In this document: piece by piece, positions 27,291 to 40,429 of the stretch
How the letters are laid out: each line of letters begins with the position of its first letter
Position numbering within the stretch: position 1 is the first letter of the stretch
NCBI GenBank assembly: GCA_951406725.2
Contig: OX597832.1
Coordinates: 70,866,001 to 70,930,000 of the forward strand
DNA length: 64,000 bases
Source of the DNA: Octopus vulgaris
Lineage: Eukaryota
Direction: 5' to 3'
The notes under the pieces: generated by a model
Database searches by the model: none
What the model was told of the DNA's origin: nothing
Seen by the model: the letters and a program-made list of their open reading frames with translations, nothing else
Translations under genes and position numbers: made by a program

Positions 27291-28683
27291 GCACCTGTCG
27301 GCAGAAAGCAGGTGGATTTAGCAAACAACCAGCTTTTGAGAAGGTAAAAAAACACAATAAAATAAAATAAAATATGATAAACAAATAAATAAATGAGTGG
27401 TGAGGTGTCATGGTTGGAAGTGTAAGCACTTGAGTTGGTGCCAAACCCGTACAGGACAGAGATGATGGCAGATAAAGTTAAAGATTGCGGAAAGGAAAGG
27501 AAATAGTTTGGTTGGCTTTTAAGAAATTTGAAAAAGGGAAAAAAATATTCGTAAAGTGTTTGAGTGATTTGTCTGTAAAATATTTCACTTAATTATTTAA
27601 AACATTCAGAAGAAGAAGAAGAAGAAGAAGAAGAAAATATCAACGAAATTTCTATTTTCTTTGTTTTTATTTTGGGCTTCTTTATATCGAAGAAATAATT
27701 TCTTTTTATGGTCACATGGGCAACAAATCACGTGGCATTACAAGAACTAACTACAAATACTTTGGACGTTTCCACCACAAAAAGAATTGTGACAATAAAT
27801 GGGGAGCAGGAGCAGCAGGAAGAGGAGGAGAAGGCACAGGACAATGAAGATGATGATAATGACGATGGTGAAGACGACGAAGAAGACGACAACAACGATA
27901 ACGAGGAGGAGGAGAAGGAAGGGGATTTCGTTTGCCATTGGGACCATGGAAGAGGAACGTTGCAAAAACAGATGGCAAAAATGTGCGACAATTTGCATAA
28001 AAACAGTGTAAAAATAGAAAATAAAAAGACTAGAAAAATAGTATAAATATATACAATGTATATAAATATGTGTAAAGGCGGGGATCTCCACTTGGGAATA
28101 AACAAGAAACCCCACAAATTCAAAACCATCTTGAACTCCTGGTAACCACTCAGAACAGACTCATTCACACGTGCCATATTCGCTATTCAACACAGTTCTA
28201 TTTCCAATGTGAACTTGAAGAAGTCGATTGAAGAAAATATCTGTCTTCAGTGTTTCCAGTCTCGTCCACCATACAGCTCTGACCACGACCAGACAAAGAG
28301 AAACCCTCTGGTCTTCCCAGTTAAAGAAAGGCGACAAGGTCAACTTCTAGATGGACTCGATCGACAGACTGATCTGTCTTATACAAGGTAATTGTTGAAC
28401 AAAATTCCACAAGTCCGAATGGTCGGATACTGAAGGAATGAAGGACACCTTGGAGATGTTCGGTTGACTACACTTCCCTTCCTGTAGAATTAATGTCAAA
28501 CTGATAAAATTCCTTGGTAGAATAAATGTCACTAGAACTAAAAGGCCGAGTAACATTCTGCTTAAATAATGGAACTGCAGATACAATATCCCTGTATATA
28601 CCACATCTGTTTCCATTCCTCCACTTTACTCTCTATTTCATATCTTCTCCCGAATATTTATTGCTTAACCACCTTCTCGCACC

Positions 28684-28731
28684 GTCTCCGATGAAGGGAT
28701 ATATAAAATATCCCGGAAACAGCTGTAAGAC
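28684..28731 (+). ncRNA. Minimal type I hammerhead motif (U4C core variant) in PLE-like tail
   Basis: GTCT-CCGATGA-A-GGGATAT(loop)ATATCCC-G-GAAA-CAGCTG-TA-AGAC. Confidence 0.75.
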
Positions 28732-28791
28732 TTTCGCTTTATAAATGTTCTGAAATCTTTCACAGCCTTGGATTTTTATCTCATTGTGTTA

Positions 28792-28850
<59 letters not shown>

Positions 28851-28883
28851 CTGTGGTTCCTCATTCCATATATATATATATAT

Positions 28884-29901
28884 ATTGATTGATTGATTGA
28901 TTGATTCTAGTTTCAGCTTATGAGCTGTGGCCATGCTGGGGCACCGCCATTTGGTGTTGCTACTTGGTTTCACTTCATGGAGGCTTTCTAGCAACTGCTA
29001 TTTGGTGCATGAGAGAGTTCGATGCAGCTGCCCTCATCTGCCCCTCCTGCCGTGAAGTTGGTTCATCTGGGACACCTGACAGGAAGAGATCCAGCTTCAT
29101 TTTAAAGACATCTGTATCCACCCCATGCAGGTCTCTCAGGTTCTTCGGGAGGATATTGAAGAGCTGTGGGCCTCGGAAGCCCAGGCTATCACAGAATCTT
29201 GTCCTACATCTTGATGGCAGGTTTGGAGTCCTATGCACCACGCAGTGGCGCCCAGTTCTGGCATTTGCGTAACTCTCGATGCCAAAGTTCAGGACACTTC
29301 CCTCCAGGATCTTCCAGATGTATATTATGGCATATCTTTCCCGCCTACGCTCCAGGGAATATAATTTTAATCTCTTGAGTCTTTCCCAGTAGCTTACATT
29401 CTGCATAGAGGCTATCTTCTTTGTGTAGCTTCGTTGGATCGCCTCAAGTTCTGTGATCAACTTGACACTGGATGGTGACCATAGCTGAGAGCAATAGTCA
29501 AAGTGGCTTAGGACAAGTGTCTTCCAGAGGACCATCATGGTTTCTTGTTCTCTTGTTCTAAAGGTTCTAAGAATCCAGCCAGCCAGCCGTCTACATTTCA
29601 TTGTCAGTTTAGCAACATGTACATGAAAGGTCGCGTCATCACTCATGTGAATACCCAGGTCACGCACTGATTGTGCCTCTGGGATTGCAATCCCTCCGGG
29701 TCCAGTGTATTCATTGGGTATTGCATTCAGTTTTGCATGCTGATAGTGTAAAGCTTGAAACTTTCCAGCATTGAACTGCATGCTATTCTTTTCAGCCCAC
29801 TTGTATATTTCGTCCAGCTCACATTGCAGGTGTTTAGTGTCCTCAGGGTTCTGTATTGCCTGTGAAACTTTTGTATCATCTGCATAACTTGTGATCGTGG
29901 C

Positions 29902-29902
<1 letters not shown>
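28884..29902 (-). mobile_element. 5'-truncated CR1-like LINE copy
   Basis: YADD RT C-terminus near-identical to 54360-55289, shared 3' UTR, (AATC)n tail. Confidence 0.95.
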
Positions 29903-29944
<42 letters not shown>

Positions 29945-30028
29945 ATGAATATATACATATATTTATAAATATAGTTGGAAATGGGTACGTGGCGTACAAT
30001 TAAACAATAAATAGTAAATAATATATAC

Positions 30029-30078
<50 letters not shown>

Positions 30079-30141
30079 ATATATATAGGAGTCAGTCGCC
30101 ATGATAGATCGTTAGCCACTACACATTGTTTTTCTGTGTCC

Positions 30142-30179
30142 CTTTCTGTAGAAGAGCGTAGGCTTGAAACGTAAAAGAC
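30142..30179 (+). ncRNA. Atypical minimal hammerhead-like motif in short repeat
   Basis: CTTT-CTGTAGA-A-GAGC GTAG GCTT-GAAA-CG-TA-AAAG. Core has A6U and an extra A. Confidence 0.4.
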
Positions 30180-31475
30180 TTTTTCTATTTCTGAGTGTTA
30201 TACTAATACATATTTGTTTTGTACACCACCTGTCTTCGTTTTTTTTTTTTTCGTTAATTCTCCCTATATATATATATATATTCATTCGTTCATTCATTTA
30301 TATATTGATAGATTGATTGATTTATAGCCATCTCTGACAGATTTTTCAGGGCAGATTCTTCCCAGATTTCATTGTAACAGTGTCGTAACTGTTGTTATTG
30401 TTGTTGTTGTTCTTGTTCTTGTTCTTGTTGTTGATGATGATGATTATATTGTTGTTGTTGGTGGTGGTGGTGGTGGTGACGGTGGTGGTGCTGCTGCTGC
30501 TGTTTGTACTTACCCTTTTACTCAGGCATTTGCATTCTATTGCTGTTATTGTTGTAGGTCTTATAGAACCCTACGTTGACCCTGATTCTACCCAACGATT
30601 AACCAAGTCATTCTCACCCTGACCATCCATATTTATTTCAGACATTATGTATTCTCCTTTTTAGATAGTAGGTTTTACTTGAGGTATATTTGGTTGTTAT
30701 TTCTAGCAAAACAAATGACTTCATTGAGGCTTCCTTCACTTCATTGACATCTACGGGATTTATTAATTAGTGTAACTATTAAAGTTCATTAACGATTCAA
30801 CTAAGTAAACATTAATTATAAATAATACTTAGTCAAGTTAACGAGTTTCGCACCAGCAAATCTATGATTGGAGTTGAATTAGTGTTTATACACTTCATAT
30901 CGTAAATTAGTAGAGATGGCAGTTTAATTAGAAATTAATAATTAGTTTGAAGTGCGAAAATAAACATTGTAAAGTAAATTTCTATATTATCGACCATTTT
31001 CTCTGTTTATTGACAAACAGACAGACGTATTAGACGACATTTCGAAGTAAAAATTAATATCTCGAATTTGTATTCATATGCCTACGGCTATTGAGAGTAT
31101 GTGTTGTTGTTCCTTTTCTTATTGCTGTTGTTGTCGTTGTTGTCTTTCTTGTTGATGCTGTTGTTGTTGTTGCTTTAAACCCCCAAGTCAATCATAATTA
31201 ACTATTCAAGCTGTGGCCATACCAGCGGTTTTTGTGTAACGAAGGGTAATCCAACCTGTCGGATGTCCTGCCGTCGTGCAGCGTTTTTATTTCACAGAAA
31301 TTTCAGTTCACTGAGTTTATTGGAGTTATTTCCCTTCCCTGTTTTCCTTTTTGTTTAGTATTTTTAATGTTAACAACCCTAAAGGGAATTTTTGCCTTCT
31401 TACTGCATCAATAATCTCACTCAATCGAAGATTTTTTACTCACTTGCAAGATATGTATATATATATATATATATA

Positions 31476-31554
<79 letters not shown>

Positions 31555-31557
<3 letters not shown>

Positions 31558-32892
31558 TTACCCACCATCACTAACTGATATAGGTTTTCAACGTGCCCTG
31601 CAACTCAACGTCCACGAACTCAAACATCCCAAACTAAAGAATGAATTACAACTAAAAGACCAACCATACATATCCACACACAACCCCCTAGAGGATGAGA
31701 CCTTCGACACCATCTTCCAAAACATTTCTTTTCTATAAAGGGACCATAGAATGAATCAAATCCTTTAAACGCACACCATTATAAAGAGCTAAAGAAACAG
31801 CTCAAGTCAATGAAAAGTATTCTAGCACGAACCCAGGTACACTCGTCAACAACATCGATATTGACAGTAAAAAAATGCAGAAGATCTAAGTGGTATTTGC
31901 GTCCACCTAATTGAGGAATCGGAGTTCTCCTTCAAATAGGGTTAATGTTTTAAAGTAAAAAACAAATTCACATGTGCTTTGCAAAACTTAATATATGTGT
32001 TAACTTGCTCAGGGTGTCGTGCGCAATACGTTGGTAAAACTAAAAACAGTATACGCCAGAGGATGACCTCACATAGATCCCAGATTGAAATACGGGAATA
32101 CAGAAAAATAGCATTTGGGCCACTAATCAGTAACCCAACTTTAGAATTTTTCCCCTCTATAAATTTAGGAGCAACGCAACCTATAATCAGCGCATTAGCC
32201 AAAAATCATGTTTTATCGCAAAGTATAAACTTCTTTTCAATGCTTCCACCACAGATGACACTACTACAAAGATCTTTGAATAATACAATAATACCCACGC
32301 GAATATTAAAAACGATAGATATATTCAGAAACCTCGCTGCCCACGAATTTATTTAGAACCATCCCTACTACTACTGCTATTACAACCACAACAGGTTACT
32401 GTGAGGCTCTTGACCATTAAGGCTGATTCCACGGAGAACCTTTACTACTGGATAATACTACTCCCACCTTTTGCTTTCTCTTCATCTTCTTCTTTCTCTT
32501 CTTCTTCTTCTTCTTCTTCTTCTTCTTCTTCTTCTTCTTCTTTTTCGCCTTACCCTTCTTCTTCTTCGCCTTCTCCTTCTTCGGCTGCTGCTACTTAAAC
32601 CATCATACTTCAGAATCAAATATACCTTTGCATCCATAAACATAATTTTTCAGATCTGCTTCTACCTACCTTACGAACCTTCACAGAGGAAAAGACACAG
32701 AAAATAAAAGAAAATGTCCGACCTTTTTGAAGGCTGAAGAAATATTTACAAACATTTCACTTTTCTTAAATTTGATCGTTTTTCTAGTTAATTAATATCC
32801 ACCTTTGTTTCACTCTTAGTTGAAAAAGTCGAAAAGACAGAAACCGTTACTAACCATTACAAAATGTATTTCATGATAAAATTATTTATTTT

Positions 32893-32900
<8 letters not shown>
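31555..32900 (+). mobile_element. Penelope-like element 3' part (RT thumb, CCHH, GIY-YIG endonuclease, pLTR), decayed
   Basis: PYISTHNP; CRRSK..C region; NLIYVLTCSGCRAQYVGKTKNSIRQRMTSHRSQI GIY-YIG motif; downstream hammerhead-like motif. Confidence 0.88.
32816..32853 (+). ncRNA. Minimal hammerhead-like motif with U3:A8 core covariation
   Basis: TTAG-TTGAAAA-A-GTC GAAAA GAC-A-GAAA-CCGT-TA-CTAA. Confidence 0.5.
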
Positions 32901-32960
<60 letters not shown>

Positions 32961-32966
<6 letters not shown>

Positions 32967-33518
32967 AGCTCTTTGCAAACTGCTTTAACAATAAATACAA
33001 TCCAAACACAAAATATTCTCTCTAAAAATAATCAAGCAAACACAACTGACAACACAAATCTTCTGGCGGGACCACCCCAATCACAAAGGACAACAAATGA
33101 CGAAGAAACAAAAACTGACACAAACCAAGAAAAACCTTCAAAACTCCAAGACTGGAACAAACTTCTAAACCAACGCAAATATGCTTATTGGAAAAGCATA
33201 CGCTGTAAGAACATAGCCAACATATATCAAAACTGGCGGGACTTAAAGAACCCAATACTCCCTAGAAAATTTCTTATCAAAGAAATAAGGAGTGAAACAC
33301 TAGAAGAAACAACAATACGTGCAAACCTAGCCCTCTGCCGACTAGAAACGGAAATTTCCCTTCTACAAACACGAAGCACACACCAGGAAGATAAGATTAA
33401 AACAATCGATACCGTCATAATGGCCGAGATAACAGAAAAGAACAATAACCAAAACAAAGAAAAACTACAACAATTATGGAAAGAGGATACCAAACGCCTG
33501 GGTAATATGAAATGTTAA
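32961..33518 (+). pseudogene. Unassigned repeat-derived ORF fragment (helical, A-rich)
   Basis: 185-aa non-microsatellite ORF (WNKLLNQRKYAYWKSIRC..ILPRKFLIKEI) bounded by (TA)n. Family not recognised. Confidence 0.35.
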
Positions 33519-34284
33519 GATGTATTATTTAGAGCAGAAATTTAGGGTTTCTGTCAGTGAGTTTTTACGTGAGCCTTGACAACGACGACTAAAACAACAG
33601 TGAATCCCAAAATGCAGCTATAAGAATAACAACAACAAACAGCATAACAACAACCAAGGCGTCTATTAAAGTAACCATGACAACCACAATAACAGCAACA
33701 ACAATAACAATAACATCTAAAACAACAATGACTACCACAACAACAACGAAAACCGCAACAATAATAACATCAATTCCAACAATTACAACAACAATAAACA
33801 AAGAACGAATCATAATTTCTTCGTATTTGTTAATCAGTGAAGAGGAAAAGTAAATTGATTGAAATAACAAAAATAATTGTATGGAAAATAAAACAAGCAA
33901 TACATATATAAACAAAAATAAACAACGGTAAGAGAGAGAACATAAAGGTGGATGGTGGGAGAGCGAAGAGATGATGGAGAGGGAGAGAGAGAGTGCGAGG
34001 GAGAGAGAGGAGAGGAGGGAGAAAGAGACAGGGGGGAGAGACCAAAAGAGATTATAAATTTAACACGCGATATATTGACAAACATTAAGAATGTTTGAAT
34101 TCTGACAAAATCGATGAAGCGAAATATCGATCTACATTGCAATGTTATTTAGTTAGAAACAGCCAGGCTCTCATTTCGTAATCCCATAGGGTCCCTAACT
34201 TTATATTTTATCTTTCCAGGTGGAGGTCAATAAAACAATTTTCTGCATAAAAAAATGGGATCAGCTTTCATACTTCCATGATGG

Positions 34285-34321
<37 letters not shown>

Positions 34322-34479
34322 AATGACGACGATCCCAACCCCAAGAATGCGGAATTTAGCTCTTTAAATTGTTAGTTCAAATCCTGCTGAGATCAAATTA
34401 GCCTTTCGTCCCTTTCAGGTTTGACAAAGTGAAGGACCAGTCAAGCTACCACAGTTAAGCCTGTGTTCAAGTACCAGTA

Positions 34480-35200
34480 ATAATCTACGGTTCCTTTCTC
34501 CTGTATATGAGATTCTATTCTTGTCCACCTGGCAATCTGGATCAAACCCAATCTCAAGTAATTTAACTGGTCCCTCCGTCCATCGCACAACGGCGTTGTT
34601 GGATGGTATGGATACGTCTCTGCAAATGCCAAACTACGTCTCAAGGACTTTTCCTAGTTAATTTTTTGCTCTTGTCACCGCTTCTTAATCCCTTAGCATA
34701 GTTCGATCTCTTTGATTTGTTTGGTGTCCGATATTACTACGATGACGTCGTCCGCAAACACGCATCCTCCGCATCCCACTACTCATAGGATGCGGAAAAT
34801 ACCCTCGAGCCCACTAATTTCTACAATGGTGACTCTACATACTAAACGGTTCCGTCAAGTGACCACCAAGCAAAGTTATTGTACATTGCAGCGATCTAGC
34901 CTCTGAAGACAGGAGCGAAACCGACCGCTTTTAAGATAGCCTCTAAGCATTAATAGTCAGACCTACAGAAAGCTTTCGACAGAACTAAATTGATTAGAGC
35001 TCCACCCATTCCAAGTACTTTACTTACCCTCTCTGTGAGGTATCACGTAAGGTGGAGGTTTTCGTGGATAGATGTGTTTGGTGTGGAGATTGCCTGTGCC
35101 TCACCCACCAGAGTATCGACGGCAAATTCAAAATCCTTGGCTAACACCTTGACCAAAATCTTCACCTCCACGTTTAGCAGTTATGGACCTGAAGGAGTTC
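34480..35200 (-). mobile_element. L1/Tx1-like RT remnant
   Basis: Minus-strand fragments resembling PITLLNVEVKILVKVLAK and FADDVIVVISD..AKIN..KS. Confidence 0.6.
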
Positions 35201-35305
35201 TTCCTAAGCAGCCACACCACAACTCTTTCCGCAGTTCTTGGAATTTTCGCGCTTTATTTACAGTTACAGTTGACATTTGTCAAGGGGACCTGAATAAATC
35301 AGGTA

Positions 35306-35861
35306 TTGGGTTGTCCGGAAAGTTCAAGCCGATTTATAGTAGCTTACCTTTCGACTTATTTTAGAACATGGTTGATTCCCCAAAAAATAGGTATTGACTA
35401 CACCTCCATTTAGAGCACAGTTTTAGCTATCTTTTCGTGGAAGAAGGTTTATGTTCCTACAACCTGTGTTAATTCTGTAACCCTTTAAAATGGCAGGTAA
35501 GAAAGTTCATTTTCGGCACTTGATGCTTTAGGAACCAGACAAAACTTGCTGCAGCTCGGCTGTGTTGTGTTACCCCACCCTCCATATTCACCAGATATTG
35601 CTCTTTCGGATTTCCACTTATTCAGGTCTCTGCAGAATAGTCTTAATGGTAAAATTTTCAATTCCTTGGATGACGTAAAAAGATACCTTGCCATGAAACA
35701 ACCTCAATTCTGGGAGGAGGTGTATTTTCAAGTTAAAGGAAGGATGGAGACGCATTGTGCAACAAAATGGTTTATATTTGGTTGATTAAAAATGTAATGG
35801 CACGCATTTTTTTACCTTTTTTTTCCCTTTAAAAATCGGCACAAACTTTCCGGACATTAAA
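35306..35861 (+). mobile_element. Internally deleted mariner
   Basis: TIRs TGTCCGGAAAGTT..GCCGATTT / AAATCGGC..AACTTTCCGGACA. Transposase C-terminus LPHPPYSPDIALSDFHLFRSLQNSL. Confidence 0.88.
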
Positions 35862-36549
35862 ACTCGTAGAGCAAAACCAGCCAGCCACCACATCGTGAAG
35901 CTCATCATTGCTTCCCATCTTTTGTCAGCTGTTATTCGACTTTCGCCAATAATACCAGCTGGTGGTGGCGGGGATGGTGTATTTGTTGTCGTACATTTAA
36001 AGTTCTTTGGACATGACGACAAGTTGCCGTTACTTTTATGCTTTTCTTTTCTTTTCTTTTTGATGTTTTTCTTTTATGCTTTTCTTACCTACCACCCCCT
36101 TCTCCTCGTTACTTGACATATGATCGAAAGACCACGCCGCGTAAGGGATTAGTAGAATGTCTTCTTCTCTGTGTGTATGTGAGAGAAAGAGAGAGAGATA
36201 GAGAGCGTGAGTGTTTGTATGTGCGTGTGCGTGTGTGTGTGTATGTTAAAGAGGAGATTGGGTAGAGCTGGGATCTCCCCTGGATGGTAAGAAGTTTTTC
36301 TTAATTTCGATATTTTCCGCCACCTTAATTGCTACTGCAAACGGGATTTTTTATGTTGAATGTTGTTTCTGCTACTATTGATGATACTAGTCTCCAAATT
36401 GAACTGTTTTGCCCCTTTTTTAAATTCTTGCTGCTACCTTCGGTGCTTCTTACGTAGTTGCACGTTCTTACTGTTGTTGCGGCGATGATTGTTGATTTTG
36501 CTCCTGTGGTTGATGTAGTAGCAGCTATGGTATCGGCAGCAGTGGGGTC

Positions 36550-37070
36550 TTTCATTCCATTTCTGTTGTAGTTGTGGGAGCAGAACTCTCGGAAGTGGTC
36601 AGTTGTTCAACAGAAATGACATCTTGGTCATTTACCCTCCACAGTTACTCACAGTTCTTTTCCACTGGGAATGGAGATAAGGTCTGACATCCTCTTCAAC
36701 TGGTCGGGCTTTACATGGAAAAGAACTCCTGTATTGTTGCAATCCAGTTCTCCCGCCTTATACTCTTAACACCCAGGAGAGTAACACTGCCCTCCAGCAC
36801 TATGGGTTCTAGCTCTGGTAGGTCATTGTACTGTGCTCTTTACTGCCCTTCATTCCAAATATGTAAGGAAGAGAATAAAATCTTCGTTGCGGCGGGCAAA
36901 CACTGAATGCTGGAGTACAAGATCCTCCGTCTCACGTATGACCACGAACCTGCCGAATTACTTTGCAGTAGATATATATCCGGTGTCTTGCTATACATCC
37001 CTTCTATTTGGCCGTTTGTGGACGTTTCCAGTTGACAGGTTTTCAAACTTATGAATGTGAATGTAAGCGT
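36550..37070 (-). mobile_element. Possible RTE-type LINE endonuclease remnant
   Basis: Heavily decayed and frameshifted minus-strand segments reminiscent of an APE N-terminus. Confidence 0.3.
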
Positions 37071-37319
37071 TTTCTAGTTGTTGCAGCTAAGGTTTAATGG
37101 GTGGGTACGCGGTCTTCCCTTTTTCCCCTCAATTTTCGTAAACCTAACTACATCCGCTCATGTTAAAACTCTATCATCCAGAAAGAAAGAATAGAGTTCG
37201 TTTACAACTACGTCTGCAAAAGGTTGTCACTGATGCTGTTTGAGGAACTAGATGGGAAATTACACCTAAAACATGAATAAGCATTACGCGATAAGGGTCT
37301 ACACAGTCAGTGTCATATA

Positions 37320-38146
37320 ACCACAACTGAAGTAGCTAAAACACAGAGGTTGGACTGGCTGAAGAAGGGAGCATTGTAAAACGAGATTGAGAGTACCATA
37401 CTGATAGCACTAGACCAAGCTTTGGCTACTACAAATTGGAGGGTCAACTTTAGGAATGAGCATGTGTCTCCACTGTGCCATCGTGAACGATTGCCCAAAA
37501 CCACTATAAGTTGTGGAGACACGATACGGAAGCGAAAGTTCTATATTGAAGACTATGTAAAAAGAGGAATCTCTAGAGAGCCGAGATGCAGTATGAGAAC
37601 AAACCTCAGAGAGGGGTGAGGTTGGAAACCTGCAAAATTCTAGGGGATTTCTAGTCCAAATAGATCACCTGCTGGAGCACAAGCCGGACATAGTGGTGGT
37701 GTACAAGGTGCACCACATGTGCTACATAACTGGTGTTGTGTGCCCCATTGACACATGAATAGTCAAGAAGAAAGGCTAAAAAATGGATATATACAATCGT
37801 TTTAAGTATGAAAAAGCTCGGCTTTGGAAAATGAAGGGGAGGATAGCACCAAATATTGTTGGGTCCCTAGGGACAGTAACAGAAGGCATCAAGAGGAATA
37901 CAAAGGAAATAAGAATAGTGTGCCCAGTAGAACTGTTACAAAGGGTTTGTCGCCTTGGCATGGCCAGAATCATCAATTATTAGATTGCCGAAAATAAGGT
38001 AGCATGATGCTGTAAGATGCAGGTAACAAAGCCGTTACTCATGCAAGATTCCACGAGTTCCAACAAAACCCGAGTTAAAAACAACAACAACAACAATATT
38101 AATAATAATGATAATAATAATTATTATTACAATTATAATAATAATA

Positions 38147-38216
<70 letters not shown>

Positions 38217-38230
38217 CAACAACACCAACA
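37320..38230 (+). mobile_element. Highly decayed R4/Dong-like 3' end with (AAC/AAT)n tail
   Basis: LIALDQALAT, EHKPDIVVV, IVGSLGTVT..ELLQRVCRLG motifs. Confidence 0.7.
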
Positions 38231-38638
38231 TCTAAGAATTAAAAAATATTCTGTAAAAAATCAAACGAACAACAGGAAAAGCATAAAAATAGGACAATAG
38301 CAAAATCAACAACAACAACAATAATACAAAAGAAAGATAACAAAACAACACAGATAACAGCAACATTAACAACAACAACAGAAGAAGAACAAGCGACAAG
38401 AGAACGTGAAAAAACTCTACTAAAAATTGGGAAAAAAATAAAGAAATGTAAACCAGAAAAAATACCAATGATGCGGACAGCAGTAACATCAACAACAACA
38501 GCACCAAAAAATAACAACGAGATGAAAATAAAGATTAGACATAACAACAATAAAAAAAGCCCACAAAACCAACGTAAGCCTTTATCAAAATCGGCATTAA
38601 GATGTGTATGTGTGCGTGAATATATATGTATCCACACA

Positions 38639-38745
<107 letters not shown>

Positions 38746-39727
38746 ATATGTGTGCGTGTGTGAGTGTGTGTATGTATATATGCATATATATATATATATG
38801 TATGTGTACATGCACCGATGTATTGTCATAAATGCATATGTGTGTCTGTATTTTTGTATACACACACACACAGACATACATATATGTCTTGACAAGTGCA
38901 AGAACAACAACAGCAACAATGACGACAGCATTGCCTATATAAACACTCACTAACAAACAGGATAATAAGGTGCGATTACAACAATAGTAAATACAACGAA
39001 TATATAACACATTTATAAATATGCAAATATATGCACGTACGTGCGTACACAATTATACATACTTATTCATACATATATGCTTAAATACTACACACATGCT
39101 TACATGTATACGCAAACATATGCATGCATATAGCATACTTACATGCGTGCATGCAGACATGCATATATACAAGTACATACAAGTTTACATATACACAAGC
39201 CTATATACGTACATACATTCATACATACATACATCCATCCATCCACCCATCCATCCATCCATACATACATACGTACGTACATTTAAATATATACATAGAC
39301 GAATAACAACTACAAGAGCGAAAGCAATAACAGTGGAAAACAAAAATGAGTAATAAGAATACATAGGAAACAACATCAACAACAACAATGCCATAATAAG
39401 TAGGATATCAAAGGAGAGTTTACTTTAGGCAAATAACAAAACGCAAACATGGAAAGGAATTGAGTCAATATACCGGATATTTATCAAATGTGATTATTTC
39501 AAAGGTTATAAAGCGGACTGTGGAACTGAACCTGCACGTGGATATAAAGAGATGTTCAGATATGCTTACGCATATATGCATGTGTGTCTGCGTGCGTGTG
39601 TGTGTGTGTGTATGTGTGTATGTATGTATATATATATATATATATACATGTATATACATATGCATGCGTTTATATGAGTAAGTATATATATATATATACT
39701 TTATTTAAAAGCAGCAGAAAATTCAAC

Positions 39728-39774
39728 AAAACCTGTTACTCTGAGCTTCACGTTCCCGTTCGTCGGACAGTTTT
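39728..39774 (-). ncRNA. Minimal hammerhead motif (U4C; A15.1G)
   Basis: Minus strand: AAAACTGT-CCGACGA-ACG GGAA CGT-GAAG-CTCAGAG-TA-ACAGGTTTT. Confidence 0.65.
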
Positions 39775-39788
39775 TGTGTTTACTCCGG

Positions 39789-39840
<52 letters not shown>

Positions 39841-39924
39841 CATATATATTTGTGCGTGTGTATAGCTATAAATATATATGTATATACATACATACATACA
39901 TACATACATACATACATACATACA

Positions 39925-39956
<32 letters not shown>

Positions 39957-40285
39957 CGTACGTTTATATGCATATGTTTGTGCACCCACACACAGCTGTT
40001 GCGGAAAAAATATCCAACAATATATTAATTCTAAAGGATGATCTTCAGTAACAGTATATGATATAAACTCACCAACTTGAAGTTGGTATGCGCTGCAGAA
40101 ACAAATGTTGTACTCTACTGTTAAAACCTGATATCCTCCATCCTGTGTTATATTATTCTTGTATTTATCTTATGTGAAGAAGAGTGCCACATGTGTATCC
40201 AGCCCTGGAATATATCCTACGGTAAGATAACGTGGTAACCAAGTAACGATATGAGGACTCATAAATGTATGTTACACTTACTATG

Positions 40286-40317
<32 letters not shown>

Positions 40318-40429
40318 TGTATGTATGTATGTATGTATGTATGTATGTATGTATGTATGTATGTATATAAATGTATATATATATGAGTATGTATATATAT
40401 GCAAATATGAGAAAATACAGAGTAGAGAA

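Noticed and set aside
27708-28046. Acidic 112-aa ORF
   Set aside because: Low-complexity GAN trinucleotide sequence, with no splice or homology evidence.
28975-30102. 375-aa ORF with a novel N-terminus
   Set aside because: The first ~66 aa are chance read-through of microsatellite into a truncated LINE RT.
34902-34930. CTGAAGA..GAAA motif
   Set aside because: It lies within an antisense L1/Tx1 coding remnant, and lacks stems I/III and an NUH site.
40048-40123. Possible hammerhead (GAAA-CAAATGTTG-TA with TAACAGTA/TACTGTTA stem)
   Set aside because: The 5' core CUGANGA is unrecognisable, so it was not counted.
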